Of a stretch of DNA of 64,000 nucleotides, positions 26,604 to 40,848 are shown one piece after another. The stretch comes from Bugula neritina (Eukaryota; Animalia; Bryozoa), in contig OZ037767.1 in assembly GCA_964035545.1 (NCBI GenBank), forward strand, positions 383,680-447,679. Direction: 5' to 3'. Numbering within the stretch: the first letter of the stretch is position 1; the number at the start of each line of letters is the position of its first letter. The translations under genes and the position numbers were made by a program. The notes below the pieces were generated by a model. That model did no database searches and was not told the DNA's origin. It saw only the letters and a list, made by a program, of their open reading frames with translations.

Positions 26604-29600
26604 ATGGCATCTAAACAGATGCTTGAACCCTGCTGTGTTTGTCTGGACCCTGGAGGATGGACTGAAAACCCGCTAGTTTATTGTGATGGGTGCAATGCTG
26701 CAGTACACAAGAACTGCTACGGTATCACAAAGGTGAGACAACTTCACAGTGTGGTATTACAAAGGTGAGACAACTTCGCAGTGTGGTATCACAAAGGTGA
26801 GACAACTTCACAATGTGGTATCACAAAGGTGAGACAACTTCGCAGTGTGGTATCACAAAGGTGAGACAACTTCACGGTGTTTTCTTGGAAAATTTATGTT
26901 CACGTCTAAAATCCTGAATAGATGAAGTAAGTTATAGAATAATATTCAGGTAGAGTAAGTATGTCATTCAGGTAGAGTAAGTATGTCATTCAGGTAGAGT
27001 AAGTGTATCATTCAGGTAGAGTAAGTATGTCATTCAGGTAGAGTAAGTTACACATGGTTGGTATGTCATTCAGGTCCCGGCTGGCAACTGGTACTGTGAG
27101 AAATGCAGCAGTAAGGAAACGGGAGACCACGTAAGATGCTGCCTCTGTCCAAAGCGCAATGGTTAGTCAGCGTTGACTCTTCACTTCACTCTAAATGTAT
27201 TGTATCATGTGACTGTATCATGTGACTGTATTGTATCATGTGACTGTATTGTATCATGTGACTGTATCATGTGACTGTATCATGTGACTGTATTGTATCA
27301 TGTGACTGTATTGTATCATGTGACTGTATTGTATCATGTGACTGCTGATCAGGTATTCTGAAGAAGACAGATGACAACAGGTGGGCACACGTGCTCTGTG
27401 CTCTCTATATACCAGAGATCAGGTTCGGTGATGTCACCACTATGCAGCCAATCATAGTCAGCGGTATTCCCAGCAGCACTTTCAACTCCACCACTTGCTA
27501 CGTCTGCGAGGAAAACCAGGAAGTGGAGAAACAGCACGGCGTCTGCCTTAACTGCTTCAAACCCAACTGCAAGACTGTGTTCCACGTGTCCTGTGGTCAG
27601 TCGAGGGGGTTGCTGGGGGAGGAAGAAGGTGAGTCATGCTTTCTACTGTAATTGTCTTCTCCTGTAATACACTGATACTGTAGTTGTCTTCTCCTGTAAT
27701 ACACTGATACTGTAGTTGTCTTCTCCTGTAATACACTGATACTGTAGTTGTCTTCTGCTGTAATATACACTGATACTGTAGTTGTCTTCTGCTGTAATAT
27801 ACACTGATACTGTAGTTGTCTTCTGCTGTAATATCTGATAAGTGTGGTATTGCAGGGTCACAGCCTGGGAGGGTACAGTACTGCGGATACTGTGCAATAC
27901 ATTCCAAAAAGTCGGGAGCCAAATTTACTCGCAATTCTAGCAACAGTTCTATGAATGGGCCAGGTAATCGCCTCCCCTAACTAGAGTTCTATAAATAGCC
28001 TGTGTGTCACATGGAAGGCCAGGGTTTTATAAATAATAACATTATATCATATGTGGTAATTATATATATGATTCTACTATTAGCCGTTGCTTGAAGCCCA
28101 GTTTTAGGCTGAGATATTGCCCTGTATTATAATTAGGCAGGTGTTATATCTAACTGCAACTATAATTACCCAGTTAGCTTGAATACCAGGGGCTATGCAA
28201 GTCGCTCGTAACTGTGAATTATAATTCAAAGTACAATAGTATCCCGCTATGCGCAGTACAGGGTGCCTCTCAATAGCCCCGGTGTTCTATACACTTGAGT
28301 TACTGCACCTTAGTCTATTCTATTCTTTAGCAGACGTCTCGGAGGACAAGAGAGATCTAACTACACCTCTGTCAGGTGGGTTTTTTCTCCTCCCCCTCTC
28401 TACTCTTCTTTATATATACATAGTATATCCTCTCCTTGTACATAGTATATCCTCTCCTTGTACATAGTATATCCTCTCCTTGTACATAGTATATCCTCTC
28501 CTTGTACATAGTATATCCTCTCCTTGTATATAGTATATCCTCTCCTTGTATATAGTATATCCTCTCCTTGTATTTAGTATATCCTCTCCTTGTATTTAGT
28601 ATATTCAGCCTTCTTTCCCTACTTTATAGTTGTTACCATGACTGCACCACCCGAGAAACCTAAAGCTAGATCCAGGGCTAAACCTCAAACTACTGGAGCT
28701 GCCAAATCAAAGAGAGCGCGCAAACCACCTGCGAAGAAGAGCGCGGGTGAGTCATTCTGTACTCGCGTCCTCTACTCACCTCTTTGCATACTGTTGTCAT
28801 AGTAACCGATACTGTTGTCATAGTAACCGATACTGTTGTCATAGTAACCGATACTATTGTAATAGTAACCGATACTGTTGTCATAGTAACCGATAATGTT
28901 GTCATAGTAACCGATACTGTTGCCATAGTAACCTATACTGTTGTCATAGTAACCGAGACTGTTGCCATAATAACCGGTACTGTTGTCATAGTAACCGATA
29001 CTGTTGCCATAGTAACCGATACTGTTGTTCTGCAGCTGCGGCAGCTCTTGCTAAGCTCAGTCCGCAACTCAAATCTCCTTTGAGATCTCCAGTGATGCGA
29101 TCTCCCATAATGAAGTCTCCGGCCACTTTGCCCTCTCCATCTGCCAGCAAGTCTCCTATCAGTGAGTGTACTGAAGACATCAGTGTCTGGGTTGTATAAT
29201 ATACTGTATCACCTTAGACATCAGTGTCTGTATAATATACTGTATCACCTTAGACATCAGTGTCTGTATAATATACTGTATCACCTTAGACATCAGTGTC
29301 TGTATAATATACTGTATCACCTTAGACATCAGTGTCTGTATAATATACTGTATCACCTTAGACATCAGTGTCTGTATAATATACTGCATTATCCTCTTCT
29401 AGATCTGGCGCCACCTTCCACTCAGGAGTTACTGGAGTTACAGTTTGAGCTCAGTGAGTTTTACTCTGCGTATTATATTACATGCATTGTATACTATACA
29501 TATAATATAGTGTATATACACTGTATACTATACATATAATATACTGTATATACGTTGTATACTATACATATGATATACTGTATATACGTTGTATACTATA

Positions 29601-31575
29601 CATATAATATACTATACATATAATATAATATACTGTATATACATTGTATACTATACATACATATGATCTACTGTATATACGTTGTATACTATACATATAA
29701 TATACTGTATATACGTTGTATACTATACATATAATATACTGTATATACACTGTATACTATACATATAATATACTGTATATACGTTGTATAATATACATAT
29801 GATCTACTGTATATACGTTGTATACTATACATATAATATAATATACACTGTATACTATACATATAATATAATATACACTGTATACTATACATATAATATA
29901 ATATACACTGTATACTATACATATAATATACTGTATATACACTGTATAATATACATATAATATACTGTATATACACTGTATACTATACATATAATATACT
30001 GTATATACACTGTATACTATACATATAATATACTGTATATACACTGTATACTATACATATAATATACTGTATATACACTGTATACTATACATATAATATA
30101 ATATACACTGTATAATAAAGGTAAGACAATGCTAGAGAAGCAGGCACCCATGGACATCTCTCAACTCCTTCAAGCTATCAGTATGATACAGCACCAGAAC
30201 CAGCAACTAGAGGCTGAGGTGACCAAACTTACTCTGCGTAGAGACAACCTGGTCCGTGTGGCTGCCAGACTTAGCCAGCCACTCCCTAATGGCACTGCTG
30301 TCCCCTCTGCTGCTGCCTCTACAGGTGCTGCCTCTACAGGTGCTGCCTCTACAGCCCCTCCTCCATCCTCCACACAACCTCTGCCCTCCTTCCCTACTAT
30401 ACTGGCCAACGGGTGAGTCCATTAGTATGATCATCTTCAGTAATACTTCCCGTCAATATGTACACTTTTTCTACAGTTTTCATCTCATCTCTTATTTGTA
30501 GACCAAGTCGGCACCCACATCAACTCCAGCGACCAGCCGCCACTCAGCTAACACCTGCTAGCACCCACAGGGCACCTGCCAGCACCCACAGGGTACCTGC
30601 TAGCACTCATAGGACACCTGCCAGCATGCAACAACCACCTGCCGCCACTCACACGGTGTCAAACATCCAACAACCACCTGTCAAATCTCAACATCCACCT
30701 GTTAACTCTCACCAAGAACCTGCTGTCAGTGTTGTGTCAACATCATCAGTGTCTGTCAAAGAGTCAGCCAATAAGAAAACTGGTGTGTCGTCAGCAAATG
30801 GGAAAGAAGCTGTTCAAGGGAAGAAAAGACCTTCAGAAAGTGTCATTAAGGTATACACATTCACTTACTGTGCAATAAGTTGGGAATTCCTATATTGACA
30901 GAGTAACACCTCTGTTTATCTGTTACCATGGTTACACTACTGTTATCATTGTAGACTAATGCCAAACAAGCCAAACAGATGGTTCCACCTTCTGCATTCA
31001 AATCTGCTGCCTCAAGACCTCCCTCACGGCAGCAAAAGAACTCCGACAGTGGCACTCACTTCCCATGGCCTTCACCTTCAACTTCCTCTGTCGTGCAGCC
31101 TAACCCCGCCTACTCTGAACCCACCTACTCTGACCCTGCCTACTCTAGCCCCGCCTACCTTAGCCCCGCCTACTCTAACCCCACCCAGTCCATCGCGGAG
31201 AGACTTCCACCCATTAATGCCTTGAGTCAGTCTCGCTCAGCACCCCAGATCTCTGCAGTCTCGTCAGCCTACCCTTACAACGCTGCCTCAGTCTCCTCTC
31301 TAGCCAGTTACTCCAACAACGCTGCCGCTGTTCCCCCTCTAGCTAACTACTCTAACAACAGTGCTGCAGTGGCTGCCTTGGCTGGATACGCATCCTACCC
31401 TCAGTTCCCAATGTTCCAGATGGGGGCCGCTACCCTAACGGATATGTCACCCCTCAACCCCTCAGCCTTGACTGGCCTGGCTATGCAGGGACTTCACACC
31501 TCTCAGCAGTATTACATGACGGGGGCAGAAACGTCTGCAACTCAGAAATCTAGAGCTGGCTCAGGTGTCCAGTAG
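26604..31575 (+). CDS. MLLT10: AF10/AF17-like PZP-domain protein, DOT1L cofactor (about 11 coding exons)
   Basis: CCVCLDPGGWTENPLVYCDGC..AVHKNCYGI..VPAGNWYCEKC...WAHVLCALYIPEIRF...FHVSCGQSRGLLGEEEG..VQYCGYC (PZP), then OM-LZ-like QELLELQF...DISQLLQAISMIQHQNQQLEAEVTKL and a Ser/Ala/Tyr-rich tail. Confidence 0.92.
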
Positions 31576-32665
31576 CGTTGCCTCGCCACACTCAGCTCAA
31601 TGCAGCGTTGCCTCACCACACTCAGCTCAATGCAGCGTTGCCTCACCACACTCAGCTCAATGCAGCGTTGCCTCACCACACATGTAAATATCGTGTAGAT
31701 ATTCAACTTGATAAAAATTAGAGTAAAGTGACTAGAGTACCTGATGTACCTCATCCACCCACTCTCCCTTACAGTTACCTGCTGTACCTGATGTACCTCA
31801 TCCACCCACTCTCTCTTACAGTTACCTGCTGTACCTGAAGCATGCATTTCTATAGAAACACTGAAATAGTCGCTAGTTCACACTATATCCAATCATGACT
31901 GAGCGCAGATTTCTGCTGTAGATTACACTTTGTTGATGTTACAACTTTTCCTAGGGTCACTTTGATTCACATATATATTAGTTTGTTTAGACTTTTATTG
32001 TTGCTAGTACATTTACATACTTTATGTTTGGAGACGCTATCAATTATGATATTTTGTACATAAGACCTTCAGCTTAAATAAACTATTGGAATTTGCAAGA
32101 AAAATTCGTTTCATTTCTTCTCTATTAGAATGGTGACTAGTAGAGTGTGACTAGTAGAGTAGTGACTGGTAGAGTAGTGACTAGTAGAGTAGTGACTGGT
32201 AGAGTGTGACTAGTAGAGTAGTGACTGGTAGAGTAGTGACTAGTAGAGTGTGACTGGCAGAATAGTGACTGGTAGAGTAGTGACTATATGAAAATCGGGT
32301 AAGAATGTTGAATTATGTCTTTAGAACTCGGCCTGTTCATTAATCAGTTTATTGGATTTTTGACGTAATATTTTGTTTGTACAGCTCTTGCAGTTGTAAC
32401 AATTAACAATTGGGTTGTGCTTAACTGATGTTTTGACATTAAATTATCAATAGTTCAACAGGTCAGTTTTTTGTGCTGCTCATTGTGAAGTTACTCACGT
32501 GTGCTCAATGTATAGCTCATCATAGTCAATAGTCAACAAACACAACCATCTAAACAACTATTGTACCATTGTGCTCATGTCTTGTCTTATATAATATGCT
32601 GACTTTCTTCATTTCACATGAGCTGACTCTACGGTTATGTTCAGCTGTGGGCAGCAAACACAGGT

Positions 32666-35600
32666 ATGATGGGAGACAGTGTAGACAAAGAAGTGCTGTC
32701 TACACGCAGGTTAGTACAATATGTAGTATGTACTGTAGATACTGTGTAGTATATACTGTGTAGTATGTACTGTATATACTGTGTAGTATGTACTGTATAT
32801 ACTGTGTAGCATGTACTGTGTAGTATGTACTGTATATACTGTAAATACTGTGTAGTATGTACTGTAGATACTGTGTAGTGTTTACTGTAGATACTGTGTA
32901 GTGTTTACTGTAAATAATGTGTAGTATATACTGTGTAGTGTTTACTGTATATACTGTGTAGTATGTACTGTAGATACTGTGTAGTATGTACTGTATATAC
33001 TGTGTAGTATGTACTGTATATACCGTGTAGCATGTACTGTATATACTGTGTAGTATGTACTGTATATACTGTGTAGTATGTACTGTGTAGTATGTACTGT
33101 ATATACTGTAAATACTGTGTAGTATGTACTGTAGATACTGTGTAGTGTTTACTGTAGATACTGTGTAGTGTTTACTGTAAATAATGTGTAGTATATACTG
33201 TGTAGTGTTTACTGTATATACTGTGTAGTATGTACTGTAGATACTGTGTAGTATGTACTGTAGATACTGTGTAGTATGTACTGTAGATACTGTGTAGTAT
33301 GTACTGTATATACTGTGTAGTATGTACTGTATATACTGTGTAGTATGCGTACTGTGTAGTGTGTAGTGTATATACTGTGTAGTGTGCGTACTGTGTAGTG
33401 TGTAGTGTATAATACACTCTTAGAATGCTGCCGTTGAGGATCGCTGCTTTGAGGAAAAGAATACAGAGACCCAGCTATGTTCCTGTAGACAGGACTGGAA
33501 ACCGAGTGCTCCGTACAAACTATCTGTCAGGTGCTGAGGCTACAGGTGGGTACATGTCAAGGTCAACTAGTATAGTATTATTATAATATAGTATTATACA
33601 GTATATTAGTACAGTATTATACAATATATTAGTATAGTATTATACAGTATATTAGTATAGTATTATACAGCATTTTAGTATAGTATTATACAATATATTA
33701 GTACAGTATTATACAGTATATTAGTATAGTATTATACAGTATATTAGTACAGTATTATACAATATATTAGTATAGTATTATACAGTATATTAGTATAGTA
33801 TTATACAGCATTTTAGTATAGTATTATACAATATATTAGTACAGTATTATACAGTATATTAGTATAGTATTATACAGCATATTAGTATAGTATTATACAG
33901 TATATTAGTATAGTATTATACAGTATATTAGTATAGTATTATACAGCATATTAGTACAGTATTATACAGCATATTAGTATAGTATTATACAGCATATTAG
34001 TATAGTATTATACAGTATATTAGTACAGTATTATACAGCATTTTAGTATAGTATTATACAGTATATTAGTACAGTATTATACAGTATATTAGTATAGTAT
34101 TATACCGTATATTAGTATAGTATTATACAGTATATTAGTATAGTATTATACAGTATATTAGTATAGTATTATACAGTATATTAGTACAGTATTATACAGC
34201 ATATTAGTATAGTATTACACAGTATATGATTTTCATTCAGAACAACGAAGTAGAATTGGAGTTGTCTTTGCATCAATGGACAGCGAAATTGGCTCTCTTC
34301 CTAATCTAGCCTCAAATCCCAACTCTCCACGGACTACGCTTAGACCGAAATCTTTCAAAAATCAAAGCTGCTGGACAGCAAATTCCTCTAGACCAAAGAC
34401 AGCGACTACTAAACTACATTCCAACACAGCACTACCTGCGCGTATCACCTCAGACACCACACTACCTGCGTGTATCACCTCAGACTATGGGTCATCTGCA
34501 ACTGAATTACAATATCTAGGTGATTAGTTTAAAGAAAAAACCTCCATTTATTATTACTGCTGTAAATCAAGTAATATTTGTTTAGGCCAGCTTTCATACT
34601 CTTCTTTTCTGCAAAATCAATAATAACAATAACTGTTGCAAGAAACGCACACATTTTCGTTATTCCTTTTACGTTGAGGTTGCCAGAGGTAGGAGTTATT
34701 TTGTAGAACACAGCGAAAATTCTACACCAGACTTTGATGTTTTGAAAGTAGAATTATCTCCCTTGTCAGAGTCAATGAGGTCTACCAACTCAAATTCAAT
34801 GAGGTCTACCAACTCAGATTACACAATTACTGCTTCCTACCCTTCTATGACCTCTAGTGACGAACCATCACTCGACGGTAACTCATCTTACTCTAAGAGT
34901 AGTAAAGCAAACTCTAAAGTACCCCCCTCCCCACCTTCTCTGGTAGTCTACCCCCACCTTCTCTGGTAGTCTACCCCCCCCACCTTCTCTGGTAGTCTAC
35001 CCCCCACCTTCTCTGGTAGTCTACCCCCACCTTCTCTGGTAGTCTACCCCCCCCACCTTCTCTGGTAGTCTACCCCCACCTTCTCTGGTAGTCTACCCCC
35101 CACCTTCTCTGGTAGTCTACCCCCACCTTCTCTGGTAGTCTACCCCCCACCTTCTCTGGTAGTCTACCCCCCACCTTCTCTGGTAGTCTACCCCCACCTT
35201 CTCTGGTAGTCTACCCCCACCTTCTCTGGTAGTCTACCCCCCCACCTTCTCTGGTAGTCTACCCCCCCACCTTCTCTGGTAGTCTACCCCCACCTTCTCT
35301 GGTAGTCTACCCCCCCACCTTCTCTGGTAGTCTTGAACACACATCCTCTTGATACCAACTCAATTGTTGAAAATATTTCCAGTTTATTTTGTGACATTTT
35401 AGAGATTACCTCAACCAGAGATCTGCACTCTGTAAGTCAGCGTGGTGCTGCCACAGCTACGAGTATTTACGTCAGCACTTGCAAGATGCTGAACATACCT
35501 GTATCCAAGTCGCTCTACAAGTTTCTCAGTCTCTCCACTATAAACCTGAAGTATCACGCGCTCTCGGAGTTACAGGTTAAAGCCTTTGCTGTCGGGCTTA

Positions 35601-38600
35601 CAGTGAGTTAATAGTCAGCAGTTATATATAGGTCAGTAGTATGTTATATATAGATCAGTAGTATGCTATATATAAGTCAGTAGTATGTTATATATAGGTC
35701 AATAGTATGCTATATATAGGTCAGTAGTATGTCATATATATAGGTCAATAGTATGCTATATATAGGTCAGTAGTGTACTATATATAGGTCAGTAGTGTGC
35801 TATATATAGGTCAGTAGTGTGCTATATATAGGTCAGTAGTGTAATGATGTTTTAGAGGTCGTGTGTGAGTTCTCTAGACATCTCTGCTACTGGACTAACA
35901 GACAGAGGATTTGGTTACTTGTGCGATGTGTTGCATGTAAACTACACTATCAAAGATCTCTTCGCAGCTGACAATAAGCTCTCCGGCACTTCTGCTCACA
36001 GACTGGCTTTACTTATGGATGATAATGGGTAACATGTTGTTATGTACAATATAATGTAGTATAATATAGTATAATATAATATAGTATAATATAATGTAGT
36101 ATAGTATAATATAATATAATATAATATAATATAGTATAGTATAATATAGTATAATATAATATAGTATAATATAGTATAGTATAATATAATATAGTATAAT
36201 ATAATATAATATAGTATAGTATAATGTAGTATAATATAATATAGTATAATATAATATAGTATAATATGATGTAGTATAATATAATATAGTATAATATAGT
36301 ATAGTATAATATAATATAGTATAATATAATATAATATAGTATAGTATAATGTAGTATAATATAATATAGTATAATATAATATAGTATAATATAATGTAGT
36401 ATAATATAATGTAATATAATATTATAGAACCGTGGAATGTTTGGACATGTCAGGGAATTCATTCAAAGATCAGGATGCAGTTTATTTTGCTGAGATTATT
36501 AAGGTGAGCATTATATATAATATACAACATATAACATATCGTATACAACATATAACATATAACATGTAACATATATCACATAACATATAGTATATACTCG
36601 ATGCAGATAAACCCTGAGCTGAAGAGGCTATGTCTCAGACATAACTTGTTTGGAGCTGAAGCTAGCCAACACTTTGGGCGAGCAGTAGGTACGTCCCCAC
36701 AACATACTCATATTACTGAACAGAAACTCTGCTTCACTCTAAGGCTAAGTTAATTACTTACTCATGTATCTACACTATATACACTATACACACTATATAC
36801 ACTGTATACACTATATACACTATATACACTATATACACTATATACACTGTATACACTATATACACTATATACACTGTATACACTATATACACTATATACA
36901 CTGTATACACTATACACTGTATACAGTGTAGACAGTGTATACAGTGTATACACTATATACACTATATACACTATATACACTATATACACTATATACACTG
37001 TATACACTGTATACACTATACACTGTATACACTGTATACACTGTATACACTATACACTGTATACACTATATACACTATATACACTGTATACACTATATAC
37101 ACTGTATACACTATATACACTATATACACTGTATACACTATATACACTGTATACACTATATACACTATATACACTATATACACTATATACACTGTATACA
37201 CTATATACACTATATACACTATATACACTATACACTATATACAGTGTATACACTATATACACTGTATACACTACACACACTATATACACTATACACACTG
37301 TATACACTATACACACTGTATACACTATATACACTGTATACACTATATACACTATATACACTGTATACACTATATACACTGTATACACTATATACACTAT
37401 ATACACTATATACACTATATACACTATATACACTATATACACTATATACACTATATACACTATATACACTATATACACTATATACACTGTATACACTACA
37501 TACACTATATACACTATATACACTGTATACACTGTATACACTGTATACACTGTATACACTATATACACTATATACACTATATACACTATATACACTGTCT
37601 ACACTGTATACACTATATACACTATATACACTATATACACTGTATACACTATATACACTATATACACTATATACACTATACACTGTATACACTATACACA
37701 CTGTATACACTATATACACTATATACACTATATACACTATACACACTGTATACACTATACACACTGTATACACTATATACATTGTATACACTATATACAC
37801 TATATACACTGTATACACTATATACACTGTATACACTATATACACTATATACACTGTATACACTATATACACTGTATACACTATATACACTATATACACT
37901 ATATACACTATATACACTGTATACACTATATACACTATATACACTATATACACTATACACTATATACAGTGTATACACTATATACACTGTATACACTACA
38001 CACACTATATACACTATACACACTGTATACACTATACACACTGTATACACTATATACACTGTATACACTATATACACTATATACACTGTATACACTATAT
38101 ACACTGTATACACTATATACACTATATACACTATATACACTATATACACTATATACACTATATACACTATATACACTATATACACTATATACACTATATA
38201 CACTGTATACACTACATACACTATATACACTATATACACTGTATACACTGTATACACTGTATACACTGTATACACTATATACACTATATACACTATATAC
38301 ACTATATACACTGTCTACACTGTATACACTATATACACTATATACACTATATACACTGTATACACTATATACACTATATACACTATATACACTATACACT
38401 ATATACAGTGTATACACTATATACACTGTATACACTACACACACTATATACACTATACACACTGTATACACTATACACACTGTATACACTATATACATTG
38501 TATACACTATATACACTATATACACTGTATACACTATATACACTGTATACACTATATACACTATATACACTATATACACTATATACACTATATACACTAT

Positions 38601-40802
38601 ATACACTATATACACTATATACACTATATACACTATATACACTGTATACACTACATACACTATATACACTATATACACTGTATACACTGTATACACTGTA
38701 TACACTGTATACACTATATACACTATATACACTATATACACTGTATACACTGTATACACTATATTATACACTGTCTGTAATTGTAGGCGTGAACAATGAT
38801 ATGACAACTCTAGATCTCAGCTGGAATCAGTTTAGAAAACACGGAGCCAGCACTCTGATTGACCACATAAGGGTAAGCTTGCAGTACATTAGCTATTATT
38901 TGGGAAGACAACGACAAGTCTGTCCATATTTAGGTGTTTCAATGAAACAAACTTCGTTAAATGCCAGTGTTATAATACTTACAGGCACATTGAGACGCAT
39001 TGAGGTTAATTCACTTCTGTCTTTTTTAACTGTTTTTGTTAACCTTAGCTTTATTCCATCACTACTTGTATTTAGCTCTTCAGTTCGAACTGTTACGAGA
39101 TGTATTATGTAGTGTATTGTATCCTTAGGTATATAGTATTATAAAACACAGTATACGTTGTATAAGGTAACATAATATGTTATTATTATGTTATATATAT
39201 ATTTACAGCTAAACTCTTGTCTCAGAGATCTGAATCTCTCCTGGAACGGTTTGAGTCTTGAAGGATGTGAAGCTCTAGCCGAGTATTTCAAAGTGAACAC
39301 AACACTCACCAGCCTAGACATTACTTCTAATAGAATTACACAGGAAGCTCTTCGGGCGTTGAGTCCTGGACTTATTAAAAACAAGACCCTGGAGATTCTC
39401 AAGGTAACATCTGTTTATGTGTCAGCATGTATGTGTCAGTATATATGTGTGTCAGTATGTATGTGTCAGTATATATGTGTCAGTATGTATGTGTCAGTAT
39501 GTATGTGTCAGTATGTATGTGTCAGTATGTATGTGTCAGTATGTATGTGTCAGTATATATGTGTCAGTATGTATGTGTCAGTATATATGTGTCAGTATGT
39601 ATGTGTCAGTATGTATGTGTCAGTATATATGTGTCAGTATGTATGTGTCAGTATATATGTGTCAGTATGCATGTGTAAGTAGCAGCATAGCTACACTTTA
39701 ATAAAATGCTTACATGTCTAGAAAATTATTTTGTTTTACCTAAAATTGATTGATTGATTGATTGATTTATTACATATCACAAACATGACAACACGTTGCA
39801 AAATTCAGTGTAAATACTGGCTATAATAAGTAGGAATGAACAAAAATAAGAGAAAAAATCAAAACTCTGTTGGATTATTTAAAATAAAAGCTCATTTAAA
39901 GTATTTACAAGATGTCGCAAGAAGCTATCTCTGCCCCATGCCCCTCTATATTTTATGGTTCGATATCTTCCAGAAGGGCATTGACTAAGAAAGTTATTGA
40001 TGAAATGGTCATTGTCTGTTATATATTTGATGGCAAGTTCTTTAGTGAGTTTCTGAATTAGTTGATGCTATATTATTTAAAAAAGAAGTTGCAATAATTT
40101 TTTTTGCACCTGAGTGTAAACAAACATACTATATACTACAGATAGAGAAGTGTAAACAAACATACTATATACTACAGGTAAGGAAGTGTAAACAAACATA
40201 CTATATACTACAGGTAGGGAAGTGTAAACAAACATACTATATACTACAGGTAGGGAAGTGTAAACAAACATACTATATACTACAGGTAGGGAAGTGTAAA
40301 CAAACATACTATATACTACAGGTAGGGAAGTGTAAACAAACATACTATATACTACAGGTAGGGAAGTGTAAACAAACATACTATATACTACAGGTAGGGA
40401 AGTGTAAACAAACATACTATATACTACAGGTAGGGAAGTGTAAACAAACATACTATATACTACAGGTAGGGAAGTGTAAACAAACATACTATATACTACA
40501 GGTAGGGAAGTGTAAACAAACATACTATATACTACAGGTAGGGAAGTGTAAACAAACATACTATATACTACAGGTAGGGAAGTGTAAACAAACATACTAT
40601 ATACTACAGGTAGGGAAGAATCCTATTACTAGCAACGGAGTATTTGAGTTTCTGGTGAAGCTCAAGTTTCTGGAGTTGTCATCTCGTATTGTCCTTCCGA
40701 GTCTCAAGACAATAGATTTCAGTGTAAGTTATTGTTTTTCATTTTGATGTTCCGTCATGTTCACATAATATTTATTCAAACACAAGCTGTACATTGTTAG
40801 TG

Positions 40803-40848
<46 letters not shown>

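Noticed and set aside
34919-35332. New intron created by duplication inside a coding exon
   Set aside because: GT/AG pairs within the repeat do not restore the frame; an ordinary intron at about 34878-35402 explains the gene.
36935-39112. 725-aa ORF and overlapping YTL/VYS ORFs
   Set aside because: Translation of a 9-bp intronic repeat; only 38787-38872 is a real exon.
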